Below are positions 25,552 through 39,900 of a DNA stretch of 64,000 bases, one piece after another. The notes beneath the pieces are model-generated. The model ran no database searches. It saw only the letters and a list, made by a program, of their open reading frames with translations, and was not told the DNA's origin. This stretch comes from Hormiphora californensis. Lineage: Eukaryota; Animalia; Ctenophora. Every line of letters begins with the position of its first letter. Positions within the stretch are counted from its first letter, which is position 1. The position numbers and the translations under genes were made by a program. Location of the stretch: contig CM035358.1 in assembly GCA_020137815.1 (NCBI GenBank), forward strand, positions 1,178,001 to 1,242,000, in the 5' to 3' direction.

Positions 25552-28500
25552 CTTCCTGCAGAAAATGCGGGTGTCTGGAGAGTTCCCCCTCCCTGCCTGT
25601 GAATATTATGCATCATGAAGAACTCACTGCATGAACAGATATTCAGACATTCTAAAGGGTCCAATTCTTACCTTACCGACCCTCCCTCTTCATCCCCCTT
25701 TTATTCCAGCTCCCTTCCCCATAATTAACCCATCACACGTACTCAACCTTCCGGACCCTCCCATACTTTTCCACCCCCTAGTCCACCAGGTGGAGGGCAC
25801 GTCTCATTCTTACAATATCCCATCATCAGGTGTACGTGTCACGGTCATGGTGGTTCATGTACGAGGGAGGCATGTGCCTGTGAACACAATACCGCTGGTA
25901 AAAACTGTGAACGATGCAAGGACATGTTCAATGATTTACCATGGCAACACGCTACTGTGGACATGCCTTTTGTTTGTCAAGGTAATGTGTTCTCATGAGA
26001 TCATGGTTCAGAGAGTTGTTATTGTAATTGCGATACTATTATATCATAACTGGCAACTATTTTCAGAGTGCGATTGTAACGGGCTGGCCAGTAGGTGTGT
26101 GTTTGATGACAAGGTATACCAGGAAAGTGGCAGTGTTAGCGGCGGAGTTTGTGTGGGATGCAGGGCCAACACTGATGGTATGTGCAATGTGCTCCTTCAT
26201 AAAACCTTCTTTCTTGTGCTCCTTTATAAAACTAATTCCCCACTTTTAGGAAAGAATTGCGAGCTGTGTGCACATGGCTACTACCCTGACCCAACGTTAA
26301 GTGTGGGTCACTACGATCGCTGCAAAGGTACAATTAACAATCTAAATTGAACTGATGATTATCAATTAATGGACAATTAATTAATTATTAACCGCTCATT
26401 TTAGTTGTTTTTCACTGTTTTGATGTTTGTATTTTCTCCCCAGCGTGCGAGTGTAACGTGTATGGCAGTATTGGTAATGGTGCATGTGCCCAAGATTTGG
26501 ACGTGAACCGAGGTCTGAGTTTCGGGGATTGCCAGTGTAAACCCCACGTACAGGGTGTTAACTGTGATACATGTGAGGATGGCTATCATTCACTACAGGA
26601 GGGATGTTTGAGTAAGTAGGGGAGGGGATACCATTCACTACAGGAGGGATGTTTGAGTAAGTAGGGGAGGGGGTTACCATTCACTGCAGGAGGGATGTTT
26701 GAGTAAGTACGGGAGGGGATATTGTGGGGGAGGGGGGTCTACATGAGGGACGTTTGAGTGAGTAGATGAGGGGGATATCACCACATACAATCTGCCAGAT
26801 TGTATCTGGAGATATTATGAGGGAAAGGGATGTTTGAGTAAGTAGGGGAGGGGATATTATGGGGACCAGAGGAATATAGATATTATGAATTATCACTCAC
26901 TACAAGAAAAAAGTGTAAGTGTATCTTAGGATATCATGGGGAGGGGTATTTGAGTAATTATAACTGGGGAACGGTTGATGTTGAAATAAAATGAAACAAA
27001 CAAATTGTTCAGTTACTTGACCTGTTAGTAAAACAACAAATTTTCAAGTTAAAAGCTCTAACATGTAGGCCCCATGGCATTCCACTGTACAGTATATCCA
27101 TTGTCACCCGGGGCTATACCGTACACCTCAAATTTGAACCATGTCACGTGAACAAATCCTACAGTACTTCCCTTGCTTGTTCCCCATTGTGACTCACTAC
27201 TCAGGGAGGCTGTCACTACTGGGGTTCCGATAAATCCACAACCTGTATACGGGAAGGAATGGGTAATTCTAAATTTGTGGGGGTTGGAGGCAAAGAACAA
27301 ACTGTAAATTCTTGGAACTCAGTTTTTAGAATTTTTAAAACTACCATACCTTCAATATCGACCACAAGAGAAGTCACTGTCCCCGCGACCCAGTTCGGAT
27401 CATAAACTCTGCCAGCACATGATCTCAAACAGGGTCCCTCGTATAACTTATCAGTTATCAGCATTTCCTCAGCTTGGACGACAGCCAAAAACACAACCAC
27501 AAGTAAAATCATTTGCTCCTTCATCAAACTTATCATCGTGCTAATTGTGTTACAGAGTGCGATTGTGATCCGGTGGGAACTATTGGCGATACGAGGCTGT
27601 GCAACAAGACTGATGGACAGTGTAAATGTCAAGACCACATTACTGGGGAAAGGTAATATATAATCACAGCTGGTGGAAAGCGTTACTGTAAAGGGTGGTA
27701 AAAGTATCGAGTCCCTTTTGTTTGATGTGACAGCTCTGTGACCCCGCCCCAATTCGATGTCTTTTGTATCTACTATGTAAATTTCTCATCTCTATCTCTA
27801 CCAGTTCTAACTCGTCTCTTCTCCCCCCCCCCCCCAGACTCCCCTCTTCTCCCTCCCTCTCTACCAGTGATCTAACTCCCCTCTCTCCCTCTCTTTCATT
27901 TATAACTCCCCTCCCTCCCTACCAGGTGTAACGAGTGTCTCCCTGGATTCTGGGACTACCTGAATGGGTGTCAGGAGTGCAACTGTGATCTAGCTGGATC
28001 TCTATCCCAGTCATGTGACCAAGCTACCGGACAGTGCGCCTGCCGTGAAGGTGAGTTATTATATGGGGCATGATAACATTGTTAACATGGTTAACATTGT
28101 GACCAAAAAGACCTGATTTTATACTTTTTTGGTAACCGTACCAAATTCCAGTGAGGTTACCAATAAAGTACTATGAACTACATCTGTTTCAGGCCGTGAG
28201 GGGCAGACGTGTAGTGAAGCTGCAGAGGGAACCCAGCTACCCGATATTGATGTTATCGTGATCCGACCTGATACTAAGGATGGGGATCAGAGTGAGGGAG
28301 GTAACGAGGTGGATGAAGATGCTACCGGTACACCAGGTAATTAGGGGCTGGTAATTAGGGGCAGGTAATTAGGTAGGTAATTAGGGGCTGGTAATTAGGG
28401 GCAGGTAATTAGGTAGGTAATTAGGGGCTGGTAATTAGGAGCCGGTAATTAAGGCCAGAGGGGGGGTCCGGGGGTATAAAAAGTTACTTTCGGTCTCTGG

Positions 28501-31500
28501 TCCGGCTCGAAGAGCCGGACTAGATGACATTCTCAGAATCAATTTTGTGCGCACCGTCAAGGAGAAAATTGAGGTTAACTTTTGTCCAAAATTTAATGTT
28601 AACCTCATTTATTCATGAACCACAATAGCTGAGAAGCTAAATTTAGTACTGAATGATAGGTCTAGTTACCAGGTCAACTCAAACGAAGTTTCAGACCTCT
28701 ATACCTAAAGGTTGGAAAGAAATCTGAGGTTAACTTGATTCCCGAAAATTATGTTTTTCTTGAATAGCTCGGGCGAAATTTGGGCCAGTCTATGTCGTTT
28801 CATTTGAGAACCACTTATCCGTTAACCTCAGAAATTGGCAGGGATGTTCCTCTGATGGTCCTCTACAAATTTGGTGTAGCGATTTTTGATATCTGTCCCC
28901 GTTCAACAAGAAGATTTGCACTATGTATCCATAGTGCTGTATTTCCCCGCCATTGGCATGTGACATCCCATCACCCATGACCTAATGAGATTCTGAAAGG
29001 TGAGACAGAACAGTGCAGGTGATGAGCTGCCTAATTAGGCTCCTTTTCTAGTCTATGTGATCTCCACTCAACTGACCTCTCACCTCATGTAATCAATGAC
29101 AATACCAGAGCGCAATTGTAATGACGAACACATGACGAACGATGAACGTTATGAATTGCAAACAGGAAGGGGCGCGCGGCACCGGGCTGCGCGTTCTAAT
29201 GAAAGTGCGTCATTTCAGCACTGTAATAACTTTGCGGGCGTCGCCTTCGTGGGCAATTTGAATTAGAGCGTGTGTGAAGTATTTCAAATGATATTTTGAG
29301 CACTCCGCACTGGATGGTTGCTATGGATGGGTTACGTCACGGGACAAAAAAAGCGTGACACTTCACTAGTATGTAAACTTGTCGAATTCTAAACCCCTAT
29401 GCCTTTTTGCAAAAGGCATCCGGGTGAATGCCTTCGGCATTCACCCGGGCGGGGAAAAAATTATGAGGTTAACAATGCATTTTTAGCCTACCGGGCTCTA
29501 TTGTTAACCTCATAATTTTTGAACGGGGATAGATATCAAAAATCGCTACACCAAATTAGTAGAGGACCATCAGAGGAACATCCCTGCCAAGTTCTGAGGT
29601 TAACAGATGAGTGGTACTCAAATGAAACGACATAGACTAGGGGGAAATGAGGCAAAAATAAGCGCCTAGAATATAACTTTCCCGAAATTCAGTTAACCTC
29701 AAATTTCTAAACCACCAGATGGTGTAGCGATCTAAAATTTTCCATAAGTCAACATTATTCCTATAGCAAGCGTTTGACACTAAATTTGTCCATACATGCC
29801 GAACAGAACCTGAATTATTGAGGTTAACAATCAAATAAAAGCAAAAGTTAACCTCAAAAAACAGGGGGTTCTGATACACTTGGTGCGCAGTTACCCTATC
29901 CAAAACTTTCCTACCTCCGAGTTTTATCACATATGTAAACCTCAGAAAAGTATACTCGGACCCTCGGACCCCCCCCCCCCTCTGGCCTTAAGCAGGTAAT
30001 TAGGGGTGGTAATTAGGGGCCGGTAATTAGGAGCCGGTAATTAGGGGCCAGTAATTAGGGGCTGGTAATTAGGGGCCGGTAATTAGGGGCTGGTAATTAG
30101 GGGCTGGTAATTAGGGACTAGTAATTAGGGGCTGGTAATTAGGCCGATAATTAGAGGAGCTTGTAATTAGGGGCGGGTAATTAGGGAGGTAATTAGGTTG
30201 GTAATTAGGGGCTGGTAATTAGGAGCCGGTAATTAGGTAGGTAATTAGGGGCGGTAATTAGGGGCTGGTGATTAGGCCGTTAATTAAACTGGTAATTAGG
30301 CCGGTAATTAGGGGCCGGTAATTAGGGGCCGGTAATTAGGCAGGTAATTAGGCAGGTAATTAGGCCGGTAATTAGATAATTTGTGGGGGCATGTTGCGAG
30401 AAGAAAAGCAAAGTAAAATAAAGTCACAAATAAAGAAAAAGTAGAGAATAGAAGGGAGTCTATGTGGGTGAGAAAATAATATCGATGCATATTCCCCCAA
30501 TACCTCATAGAGTCACGGTGAGAGAGGGAGGGATGGTTTACCTTTGAGTACCTTTTTATTTACCGTTTCATGAAAAGTATTCACTCTTAAGTTATGGTTT
30601 TCTCTAGAAGCAAGCCATCTCAAAAAACTGCAGTTGTGGTTCCGTAGCTCATTCCTCTCATTCAGTACCACAGCCTTCCCAAATGACCACTAACTGCAAT
30701 TCAGAAACAATGGACGGTTACTCAATCGACGGGGCTATCCAAAATCCTGATGACTATGTTACATTTACGTTCACTGCCCCGGCGGACGATTCTTATACGA
30801 TTGTCATCAAGTACTACTACCCCTCTAATGGAAAAGATGAAATCGCTAACGTCAGGTGAGATTTGTGACGTCATTATGACGTCATTGCTTGTAATTAGAA
30901 ATGCAGTGATTATTATGGGACAGGAATGTTGAATAATCAACTTTTGTCATATCCCTTCTTCCTAACTCTCCTACTACCCGCTTTGTCATGTCTATTTTCG
31001 GGTGGGTTATATTCGGTACGGTAAGAGCCGAGAGTGGGATAAGTCATGCACTCAAGGGTTTGTCATGCTCATAACCTAACATAGCAATAAGCTCCTCTTT
31101 CAAACAGATAGGTTAATATCAATAAAATTTAGATTACATTCCCCTATTATCCCAGGTTTGACCTGTCCGCTGACAAGAGGCCAGGCTATGCTACATGTGA
31201 TGCCCAGCAAGTACAGGAGTTCTTCGCTCAACTAATTATGTCTGACAGGGGCGTGCACTTTATCGAGGATACCTGCCTAGACGATGGAGTGGTGAGTTTG
31301 TGTGTGTGTGTGTTTTCAAGAAGGTCTATCTGTGGAGTGGTGAGTTATTGGATTCAAAAAACTATATTATAAGTGCTTAGATGTGGTTGCATCTCGCGGC
31401 TAGGATCAAGGATCATTGCACCGTATTGTACCCATCCACGGCAGCTCGCATATGTTTGATTAAAATATCTCTGTTTCAGACCTACACCCTGCGAGTATCT

Positions 31501-33904
31501 CTAAGGAGGGGCATTGAAGGGCTCATCTCTGTAACTGGAATTATACTGGTTCCCTCTCCAACGTGAGTGTACTGTGAGATATACCTGACAGTTATCATTG
31601 TTCAACATGATTGTTCTCTTTAGCAGGAACCGACCGAAACAAGTAAACAACCAATCAGAACTCGTTATTTAGGTCATGTGACTGGTTATCAGCCAATCAG
31701 GGGCCAGTATTTCCTGATTCGGTCGGTTCCTCTTGAGACAGTTAGACAAGATTTGTGATGTTTTTAAAACAACATCAAAGATTGTTTTGCTTGAAATATA
31801 ACAGATCTCCTTCCAATAATCCACCTCTCTATCCCTCCAGCCCGGAAGTTATTGATGCGATTAATCAGATATACCCAGCCCACGACGCAGAAAGTCAGAA
31901 GGCGCTAGATGAGTGCATCATAGCGATCTACACTTACTCTCTTCCCGAACTAGAGTTGCAGTTCCCTGAATGTCTCGGGGTAGGTGTTAGAAAGACACCC
32001 CCCCCCCCCCCGCCCGATTTTACTTTTCTCCCATTTTTTTCGTGTCAAACCTAGTTTAACTAAACTCGTAGCACCCGGCCCCTTTCGAGAGTCGACCCCC
32101 ATGACACTAATGCCCGAACCCTGTAATACCTCTCTCCCCTCCTGGCTCCCCTAATCCCTCTTCTCCCCTCTATTTCCAGTTAGCGGATGTGATCTTCAAC
32201 CAGATAACGAATGGTTCGGTGTCATGTGATTGTCACCTGATCGGGTCACGTGATCCGGACACGTGTGAGGCCCGTGGTGGACAGTGCTCCTGTAGGAACA
32301 ATGTGGTGGGGACCAAGTGTGACGAGTGTGATAGGGGTACGTGAATACAGGATGTCCCAGAATATATATCCCTCATTTACTCACTTGTTATAGCAACACT
32401 GAAACTAAGTTATAACACATTCTTGGATCTCAATATATACTATAATTCCCTCTATCTACTCTAATTGAATCTCATTAATTCCCTCTCCAGGTTACTTTGG
32501 AATGGACCAAGATGGGTGTAGGGAGTGCATGTGTAGTGAGATAGGGGCACTGGGGAGGAAGTGTGATCAAGAAACAGGACAGTGCACCTGTAAATCTGGT
32601 GTGACAGGTAAATTAATTAATTAGTTAAGATTAATTAGCACTTTATATAATTAATTAGTACTTCAGAGAATTAATAAACTCTTTCATTGTTCCAAATAAC
32701 TAACGACTAACGCTCTATTTCTTGATCTACCGAAATAAAATGCAGCGTGCGCCACACAATCCATTTTATCCCCATCTCTATCTCCAGGTGAAAAGTGTAC
32801 ACAATGCGAGGCAAATAAATACAGTTTCGGACCTAAAGGTTGCCTGGAGTGTGGGTGTAACTCAGTGGGTTCCATCTACCTCCAATGTGATTCCAAGTTT
32901 GGGCAATGTAGCTGCAAACCTGGTGTTGGAGGACTCCAATGTGACAGGTAATGGATTGATAATGCGCTGCGAATTGGGTTGGCTTCAATTAGGTTACAAT
33001 GGATGGTCTAGATAGGGGTGTAGATATTGGGACCCAATGATTGGGTTTGGGACGACTTATGGTAGTGTTGCCGCTGTACTGCTGCACTGTTAGATGTACG
33101 TGGGATGAAAGTGAGGTGATATAATAAGGCCCTACAAAACATGTTTATCCAGTTTTACAAGGACGGCCCAGATGAAATCCCCAGCACGTTATAATGTCGA
33201 CTATCGAGTTCCGAGAATTCAATATAACGTGTTTTATATACATGATAACACGTTTTAACCATGCATCAGATAAGAAACTAATATTTCTTTAATCTTTCCG
33301 CCCTCAGTTAAAAGAATTGGGTTTACCTAAGTAAGGTCATCAATTCTACTGTGTGTTTTTAAATGACTGAGACTGTTCAAATCGACATAGCGTCAAAAGT
33401 TGTGAATATTTTGCTCTGAAATTTTAGGACAAGGTAGATGGCTACCTGCCATTTATTGTACTCGAATTTCAGCAAAATCGGTCGTTCCTGAATGAACCTG
33501 TAGCCCAAAAACCTGCTCTAACTTTGAGCGCTCAGATCTCTGCAACCTGATGAGGTAGAGAGCTCAAACTTTCACAATATGTTCATTAGACAATTTACAA
33601 ACTTTTGGCTGCTTGGTTTGGCGATATCTTTTTTAGTTCCTTCGCAGGAACACGGCAAAGTGGTGTAAGTCGGCCTAGTTGGGAGCATTTTTGCACTCAG
33701 GTATCACGTATCGCGTGTCTTACTGGGGGTAATCAGCCCCCAACAATGTGTTACACCGATTCTGTAATTGGTTCTGAGTGTGGCAAAGTGTGGCGCTTCG
33801 TCAGTAGACGTGATCATAGTGTCTGAAATCGTTGACAAGGTCACGTGACTATCTGGGGTGCTGAGTGTGGTAGAGCGTGGCGCTTCGTCATGACAAGAGA
33901 GCGA

Positions 33905-33948
<44 letters not shown>

Positions 33949-36900
33949 TAGCGAGAGAAATAGAGAGAAAGGAAGAGAGTCACATCTTCTTCGTCATGAT
34001 GAGAGAGTTATAATACTCCTCAGATAGAGAGAGCGAATCGGTGACACTAGACGTCGCGTTGTGATCATGTCGAGATGTTCCTCATCTAATCACGTGACCT
34101 TGTAACAAGAAAGAGAGAGAGAGAGAGAGAGAGAGACAGCAGAATGTAAAGGAAGCGAATTAGAAAAGTTTGTCTGGATTTCAGCTTGTGACCGATTTCA
34201 GACACTATGATCACGTCTGCTGACGAAGCGCCACACTCAGAACCAATTACAGAATCGGTGTAACACATTGTTGGGGGCTGATTACCCCCAGTAAGACACG
34301 CGATACGTGATACCTGAGTTCAAAAATGCTCCCAATTAGGTCGACTTACACCACTTTGCCGTGTTCCTGCGAAGGAACTAAAAAAGATATCGCCAAACCA
34401 AGCAGCCAAAAGTTTGTAAATTGTCTAATGAACATATTGTGAAAGTTTGAGCTCTCTACCTCATCAGGTTGCAGAGATCTGAGCGCTCAAAGTTAGAGCA
34501 GGTTTTTGGGCTACAGGTTCATTCAGGAACGACCGATTTTGCTGAAATTCGAGTACAATAAATGGCAGGTAGCCATCTACCTTGTCCTAAAATTTCAGAG
34601 CAAAATATTCACAACTTTTGACGCTATGTCGATTTGAACAGTCTCAGTCATTTAAAAACACACAGTACTTCATCTTCTTTTTCTTAGGTGTAGGGATTGA
34701 GGGGGATTGAGGGGGATTGAGTTTACGTACTCCCCCTGCTAGCTATACCTCTAGTCGACGCCATACTTTCTCCTCTAATTGACTTTAATAAAATCCATTA
34801 ATTGAATGAATCCTCCCTGTGTCGAACAGCAGGGAAGCTGTCCCAACAAGGGCGCCACCCAACTACCACGCCTTTAATTAACCTAATTAACTCCTTTAAT
34901 TGACCTAATTAACTTCCATCCAGGTGTAAGGAGGGGTATTATATTCTCGGTGTCAGGGTGCAGGAGTGTATACTGCCAATAGTATTGGTGGGAATAACCA
35001 GTGTGACAAGACAGTAATTCATGTAGCGTTCACCGTATTTTAGAATTGTCTGATCCCTGCTAAACATGAAGACCAGCCATACCCTCCTCTAGTACTATTG
35101 AATAGTGGGCTCAGGAAAGATCTTAAGACCGTGCCATGGTACAACATGAACTTATAACCGGACTTCTTATATCTACGATTCCTCCAAATGAACATGGTGC
35201 CGCAGAACCTCAGCTGCTTCTTTAGATCTGCGGAACCCATCCGGCCAGGAGACGATGTACTTCTATTCCTTGCATCTTAAGGATTCCTCATGTATGTATA
35301 CCCAGTCCTCCAATTTGATGTTGGAGTCTCAAAGGAGGACCCGATTGTGGGTTATCGGATCACTAAAGACCCCAACTCTCTGAAATCCGCTACCATTGGG
35401 GTCTTTGGGAGAGCTCTCTTCAGAGATCACCGATGCCGGAGCTTCCCTTCGCAAAAGATTTGGCGAAAGAGTAGAAATACCGGGGATCTGACTTTATCTT
35501 ATCCACTGCACGTTTCTCTCGGTGATCTTTCCTCTTCAAGATTTGGTCCCTCATTTCCAGGCACACCCGGGAGAGCTCATTCGATGCCTCCTCTGCAGCG
35601 GCTACTTGGCCCTTCTCTAACAAAGCAGATATTCGGGGACGTAGTTTTCGCTTCCTTCTTCGGAGCTTGTTGAAACCATTTGGCCTTCCTCCAGGAATTT
35701 TAACCTTTGGGAAAACACTACAGCAAATCTCGAAGACCTTATCTGTGAAAACTGAGGGGAATGACTCAAAATCACTTTCTTGTCGGAGTAGAGGCCAATT
35801 CACCTCTTTGAGCTTCTCACGTAAGAGTTCAAAATTTCCCTCGTGATAGTCAAGAGACCTGAAAGATTCAGGCATGATTCTCCTTCTCTGCTTGGGGCAC
35901 ACCGGATGAAACGTCAGACCGACTGATACCAAATTATGATCTGAGATCTCAGTTGGAACCACTCTTACGTTTTCTACTAGTGCCTCACGGTTAGTCAAGA
36001 ATAGATCAAGAATATTGTGACCTCTGGTTGGTTTATTCACAATTTGTTCCAGGAAATGTGACCCCATAAAAGCTAACAACTCCTGGGCAGACCTGGTATT
36101 TTCGGCGGACCTACCACCAATTGTCAACTTAGTCCATTCAATTACCGGTAAATTAAAATCTCCCATTATAATGAGATCACCGGTGGGCTCTTTCTTAATC
36201 TGCTCCTTCAGAAAGTTTAGAGCATTGGAGAAACTCTCAAAAGGGGCATCAGGGGGTCTATAGAGTACTATAGAGAGAGAGAGAGAGAGACAGCAGAATG
36301 TAAAGGAAGCGAATTAGAAAAGTTTGTCTGGATTTCAGCTTGTGACCGATTTCAGACACTATGATCACGTCTGCTGACGAAGCGCCACACTCAGAACCAA
36401 TTACAGAATCGGTGTAACACATTGTTGGGGGCTGATTACCCCCAGTAAGACACGCGATACGTGATACCTGAGTTCAAAAATGCTCCCAATTAGGCCGACT
36501 TACACCACTTTGCCGTGTTCCTGCGAAGGAACTAAAAAAGATATCGCCAAACCAAGCAGCCAAAAGTTTGTAAATTGTCTAATGAACATATTGTGAAATT
36601 TTGAGCTCTCTACCTCATCAGGTTGCAGAGATCTGAGCGCTCAAAGTTAGAGCAGGTTTTTGGGCTACAGGTTCATTCAGGAACGACCGATTTTGCTGAA
36701 ATTCGAGTACAATAAATGGCAGGTAGCCATCTACCTTGTCCTAAAATTTCAGAGCAAAATATTCACAACTTTTGACGCTATGTCGATTTGAACAGTCTCA
36801 GTCATTTAAAAACACACAGTACTTCATCTTCTTTTTCTTAGGTGTAGGGATTGAGGGGGATTGAGGGGGATTGAGTTTACGTACTCCCCCTGCTAGCTAT

Positions 36901-39900
36901 ACCTCTAGTCGACGCCATACTTTCTCCTCTAATTGACTTTAATAAAATCCATTAATTGAATGAATCCTCCCTGTGTCGAACAGCAGGGAAGCTGTCCCAA
37001 CAAGGGCGCCACCCAACTACCACGCCTTTAATTAACCTAATTAACTCCTTTAATTGACCTAATTAACTTCCATCCAGGTGTAAGGAGGGGTATTATGATT
37101 TCTCGGTGTCAGGGTGCAGGAGGTGTAACTGCAATAGTATTGGTGGGAATAACCAGTGTGACCAAAAGACAGGTAACTTACATTAGCGTTATCCGTATTT
37201 TAGAATTGGTACTGATTGAGGACAATTGAGAGGTTACAAAAAGCCATCAACTCACTCCCCTGTCAATTATGATAACCATATTGTTGTAATTAGTAGAGGG
37301 GTTGTGTACAAAAGTTATTAAACTGCTAACACCTTTAGTAGAACAAGAAAGTTGGTTTGCACCACGGGGACAGGTAGCACACACTAGCTGCGATATAAGT
37401 CCACTTAAATGCAATTGATAATAAGCAGGAACCGACCGAATCAGGAAATACTGGTCCCTGATTGGCTGATAACCAGTCACGTGACCTAAATAACGAGTTC
37501 TGATTGGCTGTTTACTTGTTTCGGTCGGTTCCTGATAATAAGGGATCATGCTGCTCCAAGTTTTGCTACTTTTTAACAGCTGTTTAGCTCTTCTTTGCAC
37601 GGCCCTTAAACTGTTTGTGACGTTTTCCTAATGTTTATCTAACACGTCATGTGTGTCAAATACTCAGAGCGAGTGTTTGTAGGTTTGTCCCCAAGTGACG
37701 TGTGTGTGTAACAAAGTGTAACATAACCCCGTCTAGACGCCCCTAAATTTATCTCCGCATTGCGGACTCCCCTGCTACTGCACAGAGCTGTCAAGATAGA
37801 GAGTGGAATTTCCTGTGGGCACCCTCTTTTCCCTCTTTTATCTCTCGAGAATATTCTCAGACTACAGACTAGCATAATTTAACTGCTTAGCAACCCTTTT
37901 CTGCTCTAGAACATACCCGCAATATTCCTCACACAGCCACCCTTCTCCCCATTCTCTGTCTAACGTTTCACCCCCGTCCAAAGATAGATCACTAAGATAG
38001 ATCCCTGCTATGATAGAGCCATGAGCCTCCCTTCCCCTGTTCAAGAGTTGAAAGGACCCGTTCCCTTCGTCAACCCCAAACCCAGTAGGTAACTAACATA
38101 TTCTAACCCACTCTTTATTTCAGGTGAATGCAGGTGCAAGGAGAATGTTGAGGGTAACAACTGTATGTCCTGTATCCCCGGCTCCTTCGCCCTCCAACAG
38201 AGCAACCCAGACGGGTGTCAGGCGTGTTTCTGTCATGGTCATACTGATATCTGTGAGGCAGATACAACATTCACCCCTACCAGGATAGCCAATACACCTG
38301 CTAGTGGGGACACCGCCATGACAAAGGTACTTAGTTATCCGCCCCCTCCTCCCCTGGTACTCGTTACAAGGCAGAACTAATTAACTAATTAACAGAACTA
38401 GTTTATGATAAAAGAAAGGACTTTCCTTGCTCAAAGATGGTACAAACAATTCAAATTAACAGTCCCCCCTTCAGTTGATTGCTGGTGATGAGGGAGACCT
38501 CTACCAGAGTGGATCTAGGATCCACAACCAGGGTTCAACCAGCGCCATTACAGTGTGTCTAGTGCAACCGGAACAGTTTACTGGAGATCACAGGGGCAGT
38601 TACCTGACTGATCTGGAGTTTAGATATCTTACTAGGGGAGGTGAGTGGTTTAGATATCTTATAGGGGAGGTGAGTGGTTTAGATATCTTACTAGGGGAGG
38701 TGAGTGGTTTAGATATCTTATAGGGGAGGTGAGTGGTTTAGATATCTTACTAGGGGAGGTGAGTGGTTTAGATATCTTACTAGGGGAGGTGAGTGGTTTA
38801 GATATCTTACTAGGGGAGGTGAGTGGTTTAGATATCTTACTAGGGGAGGTGAGTGGTTTAGATATCTTACTAGGGGAGGTGAGTGGTTTAGATATCTTAC
38901 TAGGGGAGGTGAGTGGTTTAGATATCTTACTAGGGGAGGTGAGTGGTTTAGATATCTTACTAGGGGAGGTGAGTGGTTTAGATATCTTACTAGGGGAGCA
39001 CAGTGGCCTTTTGGTGGTCACTAAGAATTTGACGAAAATTTTCTTTTGCACCTATCTGGTAGCTTTTTTGACGTAGAATCAAATGCACCCCTCACTCATG
39101 CCTTGATTTTTTGAGGAAAGTGGTTAGGATGTGGTTTACGTGTTGGTAGGATGTGGTCAGATTGAGTAAAGGGGGTTATCCCCGGGTTAGCATTGTAATT
39201 TGTATGGTAATTGTGGTTAACTTTCCTTTCTTTCCAGGATCAGATTCGTCTGTGGATGAAGTTAACATAAAAGGGGAAACCTACACTCTCACCCTGATAC
39301 CCCGAGCAAACCCTGTAAGTAACCACAAGAGATGTAAAAATAAACCGTTTCCGGAATCTAGGGATCATGTTTTACAATTTGAACATGTCAATAATTCGTC
39401 CCTTATTCTCAGGGTGACAATTACTCTATCCTTCTGCACCAATCAGCATCCTGGCTGCTAACCAAGAACGACCAATCAGTTGTTCGGAGCGACAAAATAT
39501 CCGCCATCCAGTTTCAATCTGTTATTGGAAACATCGTTGAGGTGAGTTGCTTTGTATGGGTATCACGTGACATGAAACTCCATATTTGGGTATCACGTGA
39601 CATGCAACTCCATATATGGGCATCACGTGACATGCAACTCGGTATATGGGCATCATTTGATAGATCTCAACAAACTAACCTCTCTCTCTTTAGATCTCCA
39701 TCTGTGTAAGCATCGCCCCACAAGAGTCCTTCGTTCTGAGTACCTTCAGTATTGGAGCTGCTGAGAAGAAGGCGAGTAGGGGAAGTGAAACCGCTATGAA
39801 CATGGAATCTTGTACCTGTCCCATGGGCTACACTGGCAGGTAATTATCGGACAATGAATCACTTGGATAGTTGGTCCGTTCCTCTTTACAGTTTGAGATG

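Larger units (their letters stand above)
34118..37208 (+). repeat. ~930-bp direct duplication (34118-35048 and 36272-37208) including laminin exon 21
   Basis: Near-identical copies except the last ~110 bp of copy 1, which has many indels; a LINE fragment lies between them. Confidence 0.9.

Noticed and set aside
19738-26611. Netrin
   Set aside because: LN plus LE resembles netrin, but the frame continues through many more LE repeats, IV domains and a coiled coil, with no NTR domain.
29993-30375. Interstitial telomere
   Set aside because: TTAGGG occurs only within a longer GGTAATTAGGGGC unit, never as tandem hexamers.
37247-37600. 117-aa minus-strand ORF
   Set aside because: Its core is the stop-free strand of the 109-bp MITE.
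38619-38998. 30-bp repeat array as a CRISPR array or a repeat-protein ORF ([10 protein letters not shown])n
   Set aside because: No unique spacers and a eukaryotic intron context; the ORFs are by-products of a 30-nt period.
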